DNA of 64,000 nt, from positions 307 through 64,306 of the forward strand of contig JBMYSY010000006.1 in the NCBI GenBank assembly GCA_049603795.1, given 5' to 3'. Made by a program: the position numbers and the translations under genes. Under the pieces are notes generated by a model. The model was not told the DNA's origin, ran no database searches, and saw only the letters and a list, made by a program, of their open reading frames with translations. Positions 47,411 to 57,798 of this stretch are shown here, piece after piece. Numbering within the stretch: position 1 is the first letter of the stretch; every line of letters begins with the position of its first letter. The stretch comes from Magnetovibrionaceae bacterium. GTDB taxonomy: Bacteria; Pseudomonadota; Alphaproteobacteria; Rhodospirillales; JBMYSY01.

Positions 47411-48750
47411 CCGAGACGAATTCCCTTCAAGGCCGGGTCCGACGATATGCGAAGGTGGGCACGGCGATGGGGGGACTGGCCGCCAAGGTTGCGGGCAGCC
47501 GGCTGATGGGCCGGGAGATCGGTGACGTCGCCAATGCGGAAGATCTGAAAGAAGCCCTCGGCGGGCTTAAGGGGCCGCTGATGAAGGTGGCTCAGATTCT
47601 GGCCACCATTCCGGACGTGCTCCCGGAAGAATACACCAAGGAACTGGCTCAGCTTCAGACCAATGCGCCGCCCATGGGCTGGACCTTCGTTAAGCGTCGC
47701 ATGTCCGGCGAACTGGGTACCGATTGGCGCAAGCGCTACGGCAGTTTCGAGCACGAGGCCTGTTCGGCAGCTTCCCTCGGCCAGGTTCATCGGGCAAACA
47801 GTCTGGGCGGGAAGCCTTTGGCGGTGAAGCTACAGTACCCGGACATGGCCTCGGCGGTCGAAGCCGACCTTCGTCAGTTGAACCTCGTCTTCTCGATCTA
47901 CCGGAGATACGACAAGGCGATTGACCCGTCCGAGATCCACAAGGAGCTCTCGGCCCGCTTGCGCGAAGAACTGGATTATGGTCGCGAGGCCCGAAACATG
48001 CGTCTCTATGGCGAGATGTTGATGGAGGAGGCCGGCGTTTTCGTTCCCGAGCCGGAGGAGGGGCTCTGCACCGACCGACTGCTCAGCATGAACTGGCTCG
48101 ACGGCCATCCGATCCTGACGGTGAAAGAAGCACCGATAGAGATCCGAAACGCCGTTGCCTTCAATATGTTCCGTGCCTGGTATGTACCCTTCTATCAGTA
48201 CGGCGTGATCCACGGCGACCCGCATCTCGGGAACTATTCCGTCCGCGATGACCAGGGTATCAATCTTCTGGATTTCGGCTGCATTCGTATCTTCCGCCCG
48301 GCTTTCGTCGGCGGGGTGATCAACCTCTACAAGGCGCTCCGGGATAATGACGAGGCCCTGGCGGTCCATGCCTACGAGACCTGGGGTTTCCGCGATCTTT
48401 CGAAAGACCTGATCGAGGTGCTGAACCAATGGGCCAGCTTCCTGTACGGACCGCTGATGAAGGACAAGGTCCAGAAGATCACCGAGACCAACGATACCCA
48501 ATATGGTGCGCAGGTGGCGACGAAGGTGCGGAAGGAACTCAATGCGCTGGGTGGTGTGACGGTTCCGCGTGAATTCGTCCTGATGGACCGCGCCGCGATC
48601 GGCCTGGGTGCCGTCTTCACCCACCTGGCCGCCGAGATCAACTGGTACCAGGTCTTTCACGAACTGGTGGGCGACTTTGACGAGGCGGCAGTGGCGGAGC
48701 GGCAAGGGGCTGCCATGATGGCGGCCGGGATCGAGTCCGACCCCACCTGA
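47407..48750 (+). CDS. ABC1/UbiB-family atypical kinase
   Basis: LKGPLMKVAQILATIPDVLPEEY..LQTNAPPM, AASLGQVHRA, HGDPHLGN. ATGA overlap with the hydrolase gene. Confidence 0.88.
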   Translation: MTETNSLQGRVRRYAKVGTAMGGLAAKVAGSRLMGREIGDVANAEDLKEALGGLKGPLMKVAQILATIPDVLPEEYTKELAQLQTNAPPMGWTFVKRRMSGELGTDWRKRYGSFEHEACSAASLGQVHRANSLGGKPLAVKLQYPDMASAVEADLRQLNLVFSIYRRYDKAIDPSEIHKELSARLREELDYGREARNMRLYGEMLMEEAGVFVPEPEEGLCTDRLLSMNWLDGHPILTVKEAPIEIRNAVAFNMFRAWYVPFYQYGVIHGDPHLGNYSVRDDQGINLLDFGCIRIFRPAFVGGVINLYKALRDNDEALAVHAYETWGFRDLSKDLIEVLNQWASFLYGPLMKDKVQKITETNDTQYGAQVATKVRKELNALGGVTVPREFVLMDRAAIGLGAVFTHLAAEINWYQVFHELVGDFDEAAVAERQGAAMMAAGIESDPT

Positions 48751-48857
48751 TCATTTCTTTTGCTGCCGATCCGCGGGCGACGTGACATCGCTTGAGCTAA
48801 TATGTTAGTGTCCCGCCAGAGAGCCGCCCCCAAAAGCCATCAGCTTTGGCAGACGTT

Positions 48858-48904
48858 GGGGGACGTCGGGCGGCTCCGCCCGGGGGGGACGTCGGGCGGC
48901 TCCG
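48858..48904. repeat. two 21-nt direct repeats GGGGGACGTCGGGCGGCTCCG (period 26 nt)
   Basis: Read directly at 48858-48878 and 48884-48904. An upstream segment AGAGCCGCCCCC (about 48828-48839) is complementary to part of each copy. Confidence 0.8.
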
Positions 48905-48964
48905 TCGGGGGGCGATGGGGATTTTGATCTCATCAGTTGACATCCCGCTTTTTTAGCAGGCGGA

Positions 48965-49891
48965 TCAAGACGCCTGATCGGCTGCCTTCTCTGCGCGGTC
49001 CTCGCCAGATGGGGCGGATCCGGAGGGATCGGGAAGCGGGCAGGGGCCCTGACAAATCTCGACCAGATTGACCACCGGTCCATCATTCTTCGGCCAGATC
49101 TGCAAAGGCACCGGCTGGTCTCCCTTGGCGATGAAGAGTTCAAATTCCCTCTCCCGCCAGCGGGGTTCCCATTTCTTGCGAAAACCCGCAAGCGGGTCGG
49201 TGCCGAAGGTCAGCACCCAGACATCGCGAGCCTCGCCGTCAATGGTCTTGGTTGTCTCTTCAGTGATGGTCCAGACCATATCATAGCGGCGTTTGCCGTC
49301 GAAGACGGGCACGCTTCTGCGTTTTCCCACCATCGGGTTGTCGGCAACGAATTCCAGGCCGGCTACGAGACCGCTTAAGGGATCGATCACGCCTCGGCGC
49401 ATGTCTTCCGTGACATCCTCGCGGGGGCCTTCAATTTCTTCCGGCGCGGGACGATCCGACTCTGCGCGGATCCCTGGTTCATCGGGGGCTTCCCAAGTGC
49501 GGACCTGGCTTTCGGCCAGATCGCCCCGGGCCCGGAACCGGGTTGCTATTTCGCGTTCGCGTTTGGAATTCGTGTAGGCGCTCACAAAGCGGTCGGGCAA
49601 GGGGCCGTCGGCGGACAGGCTGCCCATCGAGTCTGATTTGGCGCGTAGCCCGAATACCCAATCCGCCAAGCCCCTGGTCTGGACGCGCAACCCGTTCTTG
49701 AACGACCGGGTTTCTTCATCGCGTGTGAGATCGATCGCCACATCGGCAACATGCAGTCCGCCGAAATAGGCCTCGAAGCGCAGATGCTGCGGTACCTCTG
49801 CCCGGATCGCATTCGGAGCCAAGAGTGCGCCAAAGCCCAGAGTTGCCGCCAGGATCGACGTTTTGAAAGAGGGGAGGAGACTGTCTTCCAT
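48965..49891 (-). CDS. secreted hypothetical protein, DUF3108-like
   Basis: Signal peptide ..APNAIRAE. YFGGLHVADVAIDL and an overall beta-rich composition resemble DUF3108 (from memory). ATG at 49891. Confidence 0.45.
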   Translation of the reverse strand: MEDSLLPSFKTSILAATLGFGALLAPNAIRAEVPQHLRFEAYFGGLHVADVAIDLTRDEETRSFKNGLRVQTRGLADWVFGLRAKSDSMGSLSADGPLPDRFVSAYTNSKREREIATRFRARGDLAESQVRTWEAPDEPGIRAESDRPAPEEIEGPREDVTEDMRRGVIDPLSGLVAGLEFVADNPMVGKRRSVPVFDGKRRYDMVWTITEETTKTIDGEARDVWVLTFGTDPLAGFRKKWEPRWREREFELFIAKGDQPVPLQIWPKNDGPVVNLVEICQGPCPLPDPSGSAPSGEDRAEKAADQAS

Positions 49892-50101
49892 AAGCCCGAT
49901 ATAGCGCTTGTTTCGCCATCGCAAAGACCGTTCATCAAAAAAACTGCACTTGTAGGCGATTGTTTCCGATGTCGAACGGTTATGATCCGCTGCGTGCTGG
50001 TACCGCCCGTGGGGCTTGGCACGGCTGTCGCGCAACGGGTAGTCTGATGTCAGTGTTGAAGGCGCGATCAGCTTTCGTCCGGAAAAGGGTTCAGCGCGAC
50101 G

Positions 50102-50656
50102 ATGAAAAAACGGTCATTGGCCATGGGCGACATTCTGTACGCCGAAGGCGAGGATTCCGAGTTCGCTTACATCGTCGACAAGGGACGCGTCGGCCTGTTC
50201 AAGACCATCGATGGCGAGGAATTGCAGTTGGCGACCATCTGCCCGGGCGAGATGCTGGGGGAACTGGCGATGTTGGAAGGCTCTGTGCGGTTGGCAACGG
50301 CCCGTGCTCTTGAGCCGGTCAGCGTGGTCGAGATATCCCGCCAGCAGGTGATGGAGCGTCTGAAATCGGCTGATCCCTTTACCAGGGGCTTCGTTCGCAC
50401 CCTTTTCGGTCAGCTGCGCAACCTGCACAGAACCTACCTGCGGCGCGCCCGTAGTGCCGACGATTATCTTAACGTCATTACCTTCTATACCCACAAACTG
50501 CGGCTCTATATGGAGAAGCCCGCAGCCAAGGGGGAGGCGTCCGAGACCCTGAAGCGGCTCGATACCATCGATAAATCTGTCGCGGAATTGCGTGATCTCT
50601 ATCTTGATCACATGGATAAGCGATTTGACGAACTGACAGAAAACGACGTTTCCTGA
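50102..50656 (+). CDS. cyclic-nucleotide-binding domain protein
   Basis: GDILYAEGEDSEFAYIVDKGRV.L......PGEMLGELAML......TARA. cNMP-binding beta-barrel signature. No DNA-binding HTH is evident. Confidence 0.75.
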   Translation: MKKRSLAMGDILYAEGEDSEFAYIVDKGRVGLFKTIDGEELQLATICPGEMLGELAMLEGSVRLATARALEPVSVVEISRQQVMERLKSADPFTRGFVRTLFGQLRNLHRTYLRRARSADDYLNVITFYTHKLRLYMEKPAAKGEASETLKRLDTIDKSVAELRDLYLDHMDKRFDELTENDVS

Positions 50657-50853
50657 GAGTTTAGCCGCTTGGAAGGTCAGGAAGGCCTTCTACATGACGG
50701 AATTTTGTTACAATCTGTTGATACCTACCCGAAAGTCCTGTTGTCTTGATCAGGCCTTACGGGCATAACAGCGCGGCTTTCCGCCGACGGCCAGTAGGGG
50801 ATGGCAGTGCGGAAATCGGGGGGATTAGACCGAGTTACAAAGGGATCACATCT

Positions 50854-52002
50854 ATGAAGATCGCCATACCCAAGGAGCGCCGCCCCGGGGAAACCCGAGT
50901 TGCGGCCTCGGCGGATTTGGTCAAGAAGCTCATTGGATTGGGCTTCGAGGTCACCGTCGAAAAAGGTGCAGGAGCCAGTGCCAACCTGCCTGATGACGTC
51001 CTGAAAGAAGCAGGCGCGAAGATCGGCAAGGATGCTGCGACCACCTTGAAGACCGCCGATGTGGTGCTAAAGATCCAGCGCCCCGTTATCGGTGGAGCCA
51101 AGGACGAACTGAAGCATTACAAGAAGGGCGCGATCCTGATCGCGTCGTTGAATGCACTGACCGAAAAAGCCGACATGGAAAAGCTGGCCAAGGCCGGTGT
51201 CGATGCCTACGCCATGGAGTTGATGCCCCGCATCACCCGGGCACAGTCGATGGATATCCTGTCGTCCCAGTCCAACCTGGCGGGCTACAAGGCCGTGCTG
51301 GACGGTGCAGCCGAGTTCAACCGCGCCATGCCGATGATGATGACCGCTGCCGGGACCATCGCACCCGCTAAGGTCTTTGTCATGGGGGCCGGTGTCGCCG
51401 GACTGCAGGCCATTGCCACAGCGAAGCGCCTCGGTGCCGTCGTGACAGCCACCGACGTCCGCCCGGCGACCAAGGAGCAGGTGGAAAGCCTGGGCGGTAA
51501 GTTCCTGGTTGTTGACCCGGAAATGGAAAAAGACGCCCAGACCGAAGGCGGCTACGCCAAGCAGATGCCGCCGGAGTACTTCGAAAAGCAAAAGGCTGTC
51601 GTTGCCGAACACCTGAAAAAACAGGACATCGTCATCACGACCGCCCTGATTCCGGGGCGTCCGGCGCCGGTGCTGATCACCGAAGAGATGGTGAAAACCA
51701 TGAACCCGGGTTCGGTCATCGTTGACCTGGCCGTGGAAGCGGGCGGCAACTGCCCGATTTCCGAACGTGGCAAGGTGGTCGTCAAGCACGGCGTCACCCT
51801 GGTGGGGCACGAGAACGTCGCGGGCCGGCTGGCCACCGACGCATCGACCCTGTTCGCGAAGAACCTGCTGAACTTCCTGTCCCCCCATGTGGACAAGGAA
51901 GCCAAGACGCTGGCCTTCGACCAGGAAGACGAGACGGTCAAGGGCACCTGTGTGGTGCGTGACGGCGCGGTCGTGTTGCCTGCGCTGCTTGAGGGGAGCT
52001 GA
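50854..52002 (+). CDS. pntAA: NAD(P) transhydrogenase subunit alpha part 1
   Basis: MKIAIPKERRPGETRVAA.., VMGAGVAGLQAIATAKRLGA. Confidence 0.93.
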   Translation: MKIAIPKERRPGETRVAASADLVKKLIGLGFEVTVEKGAGASANLPDDVLKEAGAKIGKDAATTLKTADVVLKIQRPVIGGAKDELKHYKKGAILIASLNALTEKADMEKLAKAGVDAYAMELMPRITRAQSMDILSSQSNLAGYKAVLDGAAEFNRAMPMMMTAAGTIAPAKVFVMGAGVAGLQAIATAKRLGAVVTATDVRPATKEQVESLGGKFLVVDPEMEKDAQTEGGYAKQMPPEYFEKQKAVVAEHLKKQDIVITTALIPGRPAPVLITEEMVKTMNPGSVIVDLAVEAGGNCPISERGKVVVKHGVTLVGHENVAGRLATDASTLFAKNLLNFLSPHVDKEAKTLAFDQEDETVKGTCVVRDGAVVLPALLEGS

Positions 52003-52005
52003 TCC

Positions 52006-52428
52006 ATGGACTCAGCAACGATTTCCGAAAAGGCGGCTGATCTTTCCAACAAGCTGAATACGCTTGCCGGAGATGCCGCCAACATCGCCAACGAGGCGGC
52101 CTTGATGGTTGCCCAAAGCTCGGGCGCTGCGGCGGGCCACACCGAATGGACCTTCCTCAGCTTGTTCTTCATCTTCGTGATGGCCTGTTTCGTGGGCTTT
52201 TATGTGGTCTGGTCGGTGACCCCGGCGCTGCACTCGCCCCTGATGGGCGTCACCAATGCCATCTCATCCGTGATTATTGTGGGCGGCCTGTTGGCCGCCG
52301 GGCCGGCCGAGATGGACTTTTCTGCGATCATGGGCTTCCTCGCCGTGTTGCTGGCCTCCGTGAACATCTTCGGCGGCTTCATCGTGACCCAGCGCATGTT
52401 GGCCATGTTCAAAAAGAAAAAGAAGTAA
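52006..52428 (+). CDS. pntAB: NAD(P) transhydrogenase subunit alpha part 2 (membrane)
   Basis: TM helices, [20 protein letters not shown]. Confidence 0.9.
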   Translation: MDSATISEKAADLSNKLNTLAGDAANIANEAALMVAQSSGAAAGHTEWTFLSLFFIFVMACFVGFYVVWSVTPALHSPLMGVTNAISSVIIVGGLLAAGPAEMDFSAIMGFLAVLLASVNIFGGFIVTQRMLAMFKKKKK

Positions 52429-52443
52429 GGGGAGACCGGAACC

Positions 52444-53838
52444 ATGACACCGACTTTGACCGGTTTCGCCTATATGGCGTCATCCATCCTGTTCATCCTG
52501 GCGCTTCGCGGGTTGAGCTCTCCTGAATCGGCCCGTATGGGCAACATGTTCGGCATTGCCGGCATGGTGATTGCCATCGCCACCACGCTCGCCAGCCCCG
52601 AGGTGACCAACTACGTGATGATCATCATCGCCTTGTTGATCGGGGGCAGCATCGGCACCGTGGTCGCCCGCAAGATCGAGATGACGGCCCTGCCGCAGCT
52701 CGTCGCCGCCTTCCACAGCCTTGTGGGGCTGGCCGCCGTCTTTGTGGCCGCCGCAGCCTTCTACCATCCGGAAGCCTATGGCATCGGAACCTTCGGGGAT
52801 ATCGGTGCGGGCAGTTTGGTGGAAATGGCGCTTGGCACTGCGATTGGTGCAATTACCTTCACCGGCTCGTTGATCGCCTTCGCTAAGCTGCAAGGTATCA
52901 TGTCCGGCGCGCCTCTGGTCTTCACGGGTCAGCACAAGCTGAACTTCTTCCTGGCGCTTGGGCTCCTGCTCAGCATCATCTGGATGGTGGAAAGTCAGGA
53001 CCAGATGGCCTTTTGGGTCATCGTGCTGATTGCATTGGCTCTGGGCTTCCTTTTGATCCTGCCGATCGGCGGGGCGGATATGCCTGTTGTTGTGTCCATG
53101 CTGAATTCGTACTCCGGCTGGGCCGCCTGCGGCATCGGCTTCACGCTCGCCAACCCGGCGCTGATCGTGACCGGGGCTCTGGTCGGCTCTTCGGGGGCGA
53201 TCCTCAGCTACATCATGTGTAAGGGCATGAACCGCTCGATCTTTAATGTGTTGCTCGGTGGCTTTGGTGGCGAGGCTGCTGGCCCGGCTGCCGGTGGTGC
53301 CGCTGGTGACAAGTCGGTCAAGGCGGGCTCCGCGGACGATGCGGCCTTCATCATGGGCAATGCCTCCAAGGTCATCATCGTGCCGGGCTATGGCATGGCC
53401 GTGGCCCAGGCCCAGCATGCCCTGCGTGAAATGGCGGATCTGCTGAAAGCGGAGGGTGTGGAAGTCTCTTACGCCATCCACCCCGTCGCCGGCCGTATGC
53501 CGGGGCATATGAACGTGCTTTTGGCCGAGGCCAACGTGCCCTATGACGAAGTGTTCGAACTGGAAGAGATCAACAACGAGTTTTCGACCGCGGACGTGGC
53601 CTTCATCATCGGTGCGAACGACGTCACCAACCCGGCGGCCAAGACCGACCCCAGTTCGGCCATCTACGGTATGCCGATCCTGGATGTGGAGAAGGCGGGA
53701 ACGGTGCTGTTCATCAAGCGCTCCATGGCGTCGGGCTATGCTGGCGTCGACAACGAACTCTTCTTCCGCGACAACACCATGATGCTGTTCGGCGACGCGA
53801 AGAAGATGACCGAAGAGATCGTCCAGGCCCTGGGCTAA
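52444..53838 (+). CDS. pntB: NAD(P) transhydrogenase subunit beta
   Basis: 464 aa, VPGYGMAVAQAQH.., AIHPVAGRMPGHMNVLLAEA. Confidence 0.95.
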   Translation: MTPTLTGFAYMASSILFILALRGLSSPESARMGNMFGIAGMVIAIATTLASPEVTNYVMIIIALLIGGSIGTVVARKIEMTALPQLVAAFHSLVGLAAVFVAAAAFYHPEAYGIGTFGDIGAGSLVEMALGTAIGAITFTGSLIAFAKLQGIMSGAPLVFTGQHKLNFFLALGLLLSIIWMVESQDQMAFWVIVLIALALGFLLILPIGGADMPVVVSMLNSYSGWAACGIGFTLANPALIVTGALVGSSGAILSYIMCKGMNRSIFNVLLGGFGGEAAGPAAGGAAGDKSVKAGSADDAAFIMGNASKVIIVPGYGMAVAQAQHALREMADLLKAEGVEVSYAIHPVAGRMPGHMNVLLAEANVPYDEVFELEEINNEFSTADVAFIIGANDVTNPAAKTDPSSAIYGMPILDVEKAGTVLFIKRSMASGYAGVDNELFFRDNTMMLFGDAKKMTEEIVQALG

Positions 53839-53866
53839 GGCGAAATCTCCAAGGTTTAAAGATCAA

Positions 53867-53899
53867 GGGCGGGGCCTCCGGGCTCCGCCCTTCTTCGTT
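53867..53899 (+). terminator. rho-independent terminator after pntB
   Basis: GGGCGGGGCC-TCCG-GGCTCCGCCC followed by TTCTTCGTT. Confidence 0.55.
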
Positions 53900-53941
53900 G
53901 GGCGGCTTGACACGGAAGGCCGGTCGCGGCCTTCTCTCGGC

Positions 53942-54775
53942 ATGATCAGAGTTGCAACGGAAAAAGCAGAGTCGTCCTGGTTGGGCAGACGGATCGCGGG
54001 CCTTTGGGTGCGACCGGAATCCCTCCAGGCACCCGAACCCATCGTCCTGCTGCACGAAGCGCTTGGCAGTATTGGTCAGTGGACGAAGCGTCGCAGAGAC
54101 GCGGGCCCAATCGATGTCGCGTCCGAACTGGCAGCCGCCACAGGCCGCGCCGTCCTTGCCTTCGATCGGTTGGGCCATGGGGCTTCGGATGGTTTTGCAG
54201 CCGAACGGCACGACGCCTATCTGCGCGAAGAGGGCGCACGGGCGCTTCCCTCTATCCTGGACGGCTTCGGGGTGGAGCGGGCCGTGCTGCTGGGCCATTC
54301 GGACGGCGGGTCAATAGCGCTGGTTTTTGCCGGGCACCACCCCGACCGTTGTATCGGCCTGGTCTCGGAAGCCGCCCATGTGATCGTCGAAGACATCACG
54401 CTCGCCGGAATCAGGCAGGCCGAGGATGTCTATGCCCGGCCTGACCAGCGTCTGGCACAAGGTCTCGCCAAGTATCACGGTGACAAGACCGATGCCCTGT
54501 TCCGTGCCTGGTCAGAGACCTGGACGAGAGCCTCTTTCTCGGACCTGGACCTCTGTCCGGACATTGAGCCCGCGACCGCACCTGCGCTGATTATCCAGGG
54601 TGTGGATGACGAATACGGCTCCCCGGAACAGGTTCGCCTGATCGCGCAGCATTACGGCAAGGCAGGTGGCGGCGGGGCTCAGACCTGGCTCGTGCCCGAT
54701 TGCCGCCACATCCCGCACTTCGAGGCGCATGAGATCGTGCTCGGCCGCATTGCAGCTTTCATCAAGGCGCTTTAA
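53942..54775 (+). CDS. alpha/beta hydrolase
   Basis: VLLHEALGS.., GHSDGG nucleophile elbow, ..CRHIPHFE. Confidence 0.8.
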   Translation: MIRVATEKAESSWLGRRIAGLWVRPESLQAPEPIVLLHEALGSIGQWTKRRRDAGPIDVASELAAATGRAVLAFDRLGHGASDGFAAERHDAYLREEGARALPSILDGFGVERAVLLGHSDGGSIALVFAGHHPDRCIGLVSEAAHVIVEDITLAGIRQAEDVYARPDQRLAQGLAKYHGDKTDALFRAWSETWTRASFSDLDLCPDIEPATAPALIIQGVDDEYGSPEQVRLIAQHYGKAGGGGAQTWLVPDCRHIPHFEAHEIVLGRIAAFIKAL

Positions 54776-55692
54776 CTGGCCCTAATGCTGGCGGCGTAGC
54801 GGGTGCCGAGGTAGGTGCTGATCAGGATGATCGCAGCACCCGTCCCGGTTTCGAGCGTGATTTCTTCTGAGAGCAGCAGCACGGCGAACAGCGCGCCGAA
54901 GATCGGCTCCGTGCCCATCAGGAAGCTCACCCTCGTCGGGTTGGTGAAGCGCACGGCGGCGTTCTGGATGTAGAAGGCACCCAGCGTGCAGAACCCTGCC
55001 AGGAACAGCAGTGCCGTCCAGAAGGCCTGATCGGAGGGAAGCGAGAGCCCTTCCGGTCCATGGAGAAACAGGGCCGTCCCGCCGGTTATGACGGCGACCA
55101 CGACGAACTGCACGGTGCTAAGGCTGGTGGACGTCAGCGGACGATCCTTCAGCAGGCGGTTGGTGGAGATCACCATGACCGCGCGCAGGATGGCGGCACC
55201 TAAGATCAGAAAGTCGCCGGGATTGAGCTCAAAACTGCTGCGGTAGACCATCAGTCCGGTACCAAAGCAGGAACACAGAGCACAAAGCAGGATGGTCGTC
55301 GGCGGACGTCGTCCCTCCAGCAAGCTGTCGAGGACTGGCGTGATAATGATACAAAGCGAGATCAGGAATGCCGCATTCGTTGCAGTTGTGTAGAAAACCC
55401 CAAAGGTTTCGGCAACGAAAATCATCGACAGGATCACGCCCAGGAGAGCGCCGCGCAGGATGTCAGCGATCGCAGCTTCGGCCAATTCCTTGTAGGTGAG
55501 GGGCAAAAGTACGATCAGGGTGATCGCGAAACGGAAAAAGATCAGCGATAGCACGGGTACGAAGATCAGGGCTTCTTTGGCGACGGCATAGCTCGCCCCC
55601 CAGACACAGGCTACAAACAGCAGGCTGATATCAGCCAAAAGCAACTTCTTCGCATCCGAAATGCGAGCCAAAGCAATCGACATTTTTGGCAT
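54772..55692 (-). CDS. DMT-superfamily (EamA) transporter
   Basis: 10 TM segments, duplicated EamA-type layout, WGASYAV near the N-terminus. Confidence 0.8.
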   Translation of the reverse strand: MPKMSIALARISDAKKLLLADISLLFVACVWGASYAVAKEALIFVPVLSLIFFRFAITLIVLLPLTYKELAEAAIADILRGALLGVILSMIFVAETFGVFYTTATNAAFLISLCIIITPVLDSLLEGRRPPTTILLCALCSCFGTGLMVYRSSFELNPGDFLILGAAILRAVMVISTNRLLKDRPLTSTSLSTVQFVVVAVITGGTALFLHGPEGLSLPSDQAFWTALLFLAGFCTLGAFYIQNAAVRFTNPTRVSFLMGTEPIFGALFAVLLLSEEITLETGTGAAIILISTYLGTRYAASIRAS

Positions 55693-55789
55693 CCCCCTTT
55701 AAGACCAGCCCTCGCCCCCAGCCCGAAACGGCACATTGGAGAGAAAAGTCGATCTAAATTTCTATTTAAAATGGCAAAAGTGAGCCTGT

Positions 55790-56560
55790 TTAGCGCTTCG
55801 TGAAGGCTATGACCAGGACATCTCGGTAGGCGGTCGGTTTTCGCGGATCTTTACGAGCGACCGCTGAGACCCCGTGCATTACACGTGCGTCGGCACCAAT
55901 CATGATGTCGCACGGATCGTTCATGGTGAAGGTCGCGAGCGTCTTGCGGTTGTTATCCGTAATTTTGGTTTCGCCGCCGGTCACGTTGCTGCGGCGGACC
56001 AACATCGAACAGATGAAATCAACGCCGTCCCTGTGCAGCCCTTCCGGGCTGGGTTCACCCTCAGCTTCCCCAGCAATGATGCGGTACGGATGCAGCTTGA
56101 TATTCCAGGCGGCATGTTCGGAAGCTTTGGTATAGGCCGCCCCCAGCCAATGGATGAGACCCATAAAGAAAGGGTGCTCCAGAAAGGTCTCTTCAATCGG
56201 TTCAAAGTGCCGCTTGAAGCCACCATTTAGGGAGTTGATGTAAGCGGGCTGTTCGTAGGCTTCATGAGCGAGCAGGGTCAGCGCGTGGCTCTCGTTATCA
56301 TAATGCAGTTGGCTGTAGCGGCGGAATCGATAGGTACCACCATCGCGCATGTGTGTGTCGAGCAGCAGGTGCTCCCAATAGCGGGCAAACGTCGCGAATT
56401 GGGCCTCATTGAAGAAAGACCAGAGCTGACGGTTGACCTTGCCCTTGCCATGCCAGAAGCCGCTGATTCTAAGGGCGTCGGCAAGATCTTTGCCGTGCGC
56501 GACCGAAGCCTTGAAAGATGGTTTGCCGGGATTGGCGGCAGTTAGAGAAGAAAGGGTCAT
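55790..56560 (-). CDS. 2OG-Fe(II) dioxygenase family protein (PF10014-like; amino-acid hydroxylase type)
   Basis: GLHRDGVDFICSML (HxD), ..MHGVSAV distal His. Length and layout resemble the 2OG-Fe_Oxy_2 family. 4-nt overlap with the upstream ArgG-like gene. Confidence 0.6.
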   Translation of the reverse strand: MTLSSLTAANPGKPSFKASVAHGKDLADALRISGFWHGKGKVNRQLWSFFNEAQFATFARYWEHLLLDTHMRDGGTYRFRRYSQLHYDNESHALTLLAHEAYEQPAYINSLNGGFKRHFEPIEETFLEHPFFMGLIHWLGAAYTKASEHAAWNIKLHPYRIIAGEAEGEPSPEGLHRDGVDFICSMLVRRSNVTGGETKITDNNRKTLATFTMNDPCDIMIGADARVMHGVSAVARKDPRKPTAYRDVLVIAFTKR

Positions 56561-57798
56561 CCTGCGATCCTCCAGGCGGTGGGCTGCGCAACATCGAGCC
56601 CGCCTTGGGGCTGAATGAGGTCAGACAGGCTGCGGGCGCCGCGCAGGCGCGTAATCTCTAGCTCCCACTGGTCGCGGTCGGTCAGGTAGAGCGGCTTTTC
56701 TGCCCGGATGGAGATCGGCAGGCAGGATTGATGCGTGACTCGAAGCGTCACCGAACCCGTGACCCGCTGGCAGAGATGATCAATGCCGGCTTGCGCGGCC
56801 TGCTTCAGGTTGCTGTACCAACGGCCCTCGACGGCTTCTGTGGTCCAGATTGGCTCCAGGGATTGCTTGAACGCGATTGAGGCCGCATCAAGCGTTGCCA
56901 TCTCCAGTTGCCGTAGCGTGTCCATGGTGACGAGCGCGGCGGGAGCTTCGCGGACCTCCAAAACTTTTTCACCGGCATACAGGTGTTCCAGGCCGACAAA
57001 GCGGCCGTGGCCGAAGGCGCCGATTTCCTGATTCAGGCGGCTGATGGCGGTCTGGAAGTCGATGGATTCGCCATCCAGAGAGACCAGATTGCCGACCTCG
57101 AATCCGAGCGTGATTTCGATCGGGGCCAACGTCGGGCTGTGCTTGGTCCAGGTAAAAGCTTCCTCAGGGATTTCAAACTGCTCAGGGTTGTCCAGGGGGC
57201 CTGATTCAAACTCGCGACACCACAGATTGGCATCGCCGCTCAGTTTGCGTTCGGCGAAGAAACTCAGGCCCTGGGTGGCCAATTCGGCAGCCTTCTCTTC
57301 CCGGGTGACGGCGCTGTATTCGTAAGGGCTGCCATAAAAACCCTCGAAGCCACCATATTCAATGGCCTGGTTCAGGCGTCGAAGACTGTTCTGCGACTGA
57401 TTTGCTGTATGGAAGATTGCAACCGCGCCGACTGATGCGGCATGCCTTCTGGCCGCTTCAACGATGACCGGTCGGCTAAGCGAAGAACTGACGGGATAGC
57501 TGCCGAGATAACGCGCCTGGGCGCGAAGCGCCGGACGTACGGCCGTTTCCGTGAAAGCCGCCTTGAGGTCTTTTTCGATCAGCTTGGCACCGAAAGATGT
57601 GGCCGTTTTCCTCAGCTTAAAGGCATCGACACCTTCGCCCAGGTCGACACAGAGGGCGTGAACCTGCGAGTAGCCTGCTTTTTGAAGTTTATACAATAAA
57701 AAAGCACTATCCAGTCCACCGCTAAACAACGTAACAATGGGTTCGTCTTTGAAATCAAAATCAATTATATCTTGAAAGCTTCTAATTTTTGTCGGCAT
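56557..57798 (-). CDS. argininosuccinate-synthase-like PP-loop ATP pyrophosphatase (ArgG paralogue)
   Basis: IVTLFSGGLDSAFLL PP-loop. SSLSRPVIV, FHTANQSQNS, LSGDANLWCREFESGPLDNP and GRFVGLEH..EVREAP parallel ArgG blocks. The ATG at 57798 has a GGGGG Shine-Dalgarno sequence; the longer ORF reaches 57852. Confidence 0.65.
   Translation of the reverse strand: MPTKIRSFQDIIDFDFKDEPIVTLFSGGLDSAFLLYKLQKAGYSQVHALCVDLGEGVDAFKLRKTATSFGAKLIEKDLKAAFTETAVRPALRAQARYLGSYPVSSSLSRPVIVEAARRHAASVGAVAIFHTANQSQNSLRRLNQAIEYGGFEGFYGSPYEYSAVTREEKAAELATQGLSFFAERKLSGDANLWCREFESGPLDNPEQFEIPEEAFTWTKHSPTLAPIEITLGFEVGNLVSLDGESIDFQTAISRLNQEIGAFGHGRFVGLEHLYAGEKVLEVREAPAALVTMDTLRQLEMATLDAASIAFKQSLEPIWTTEAVEGRWYSNLKQAAQAGIDHLCQRVTGSVTLRVTHQSCLPISIRAEKPLYLTDRDQWELEITRLRGARSLSDLIQPQGGLDVAQPTAWRIAG

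Noticed and set aside
48858-48904. Possible CRISPR array.
   Set aside because: Only two copies of a 21-nt repeat separated by a 5-nt spacer, and no cas genes in the window. This is not a CRISPR architecture.
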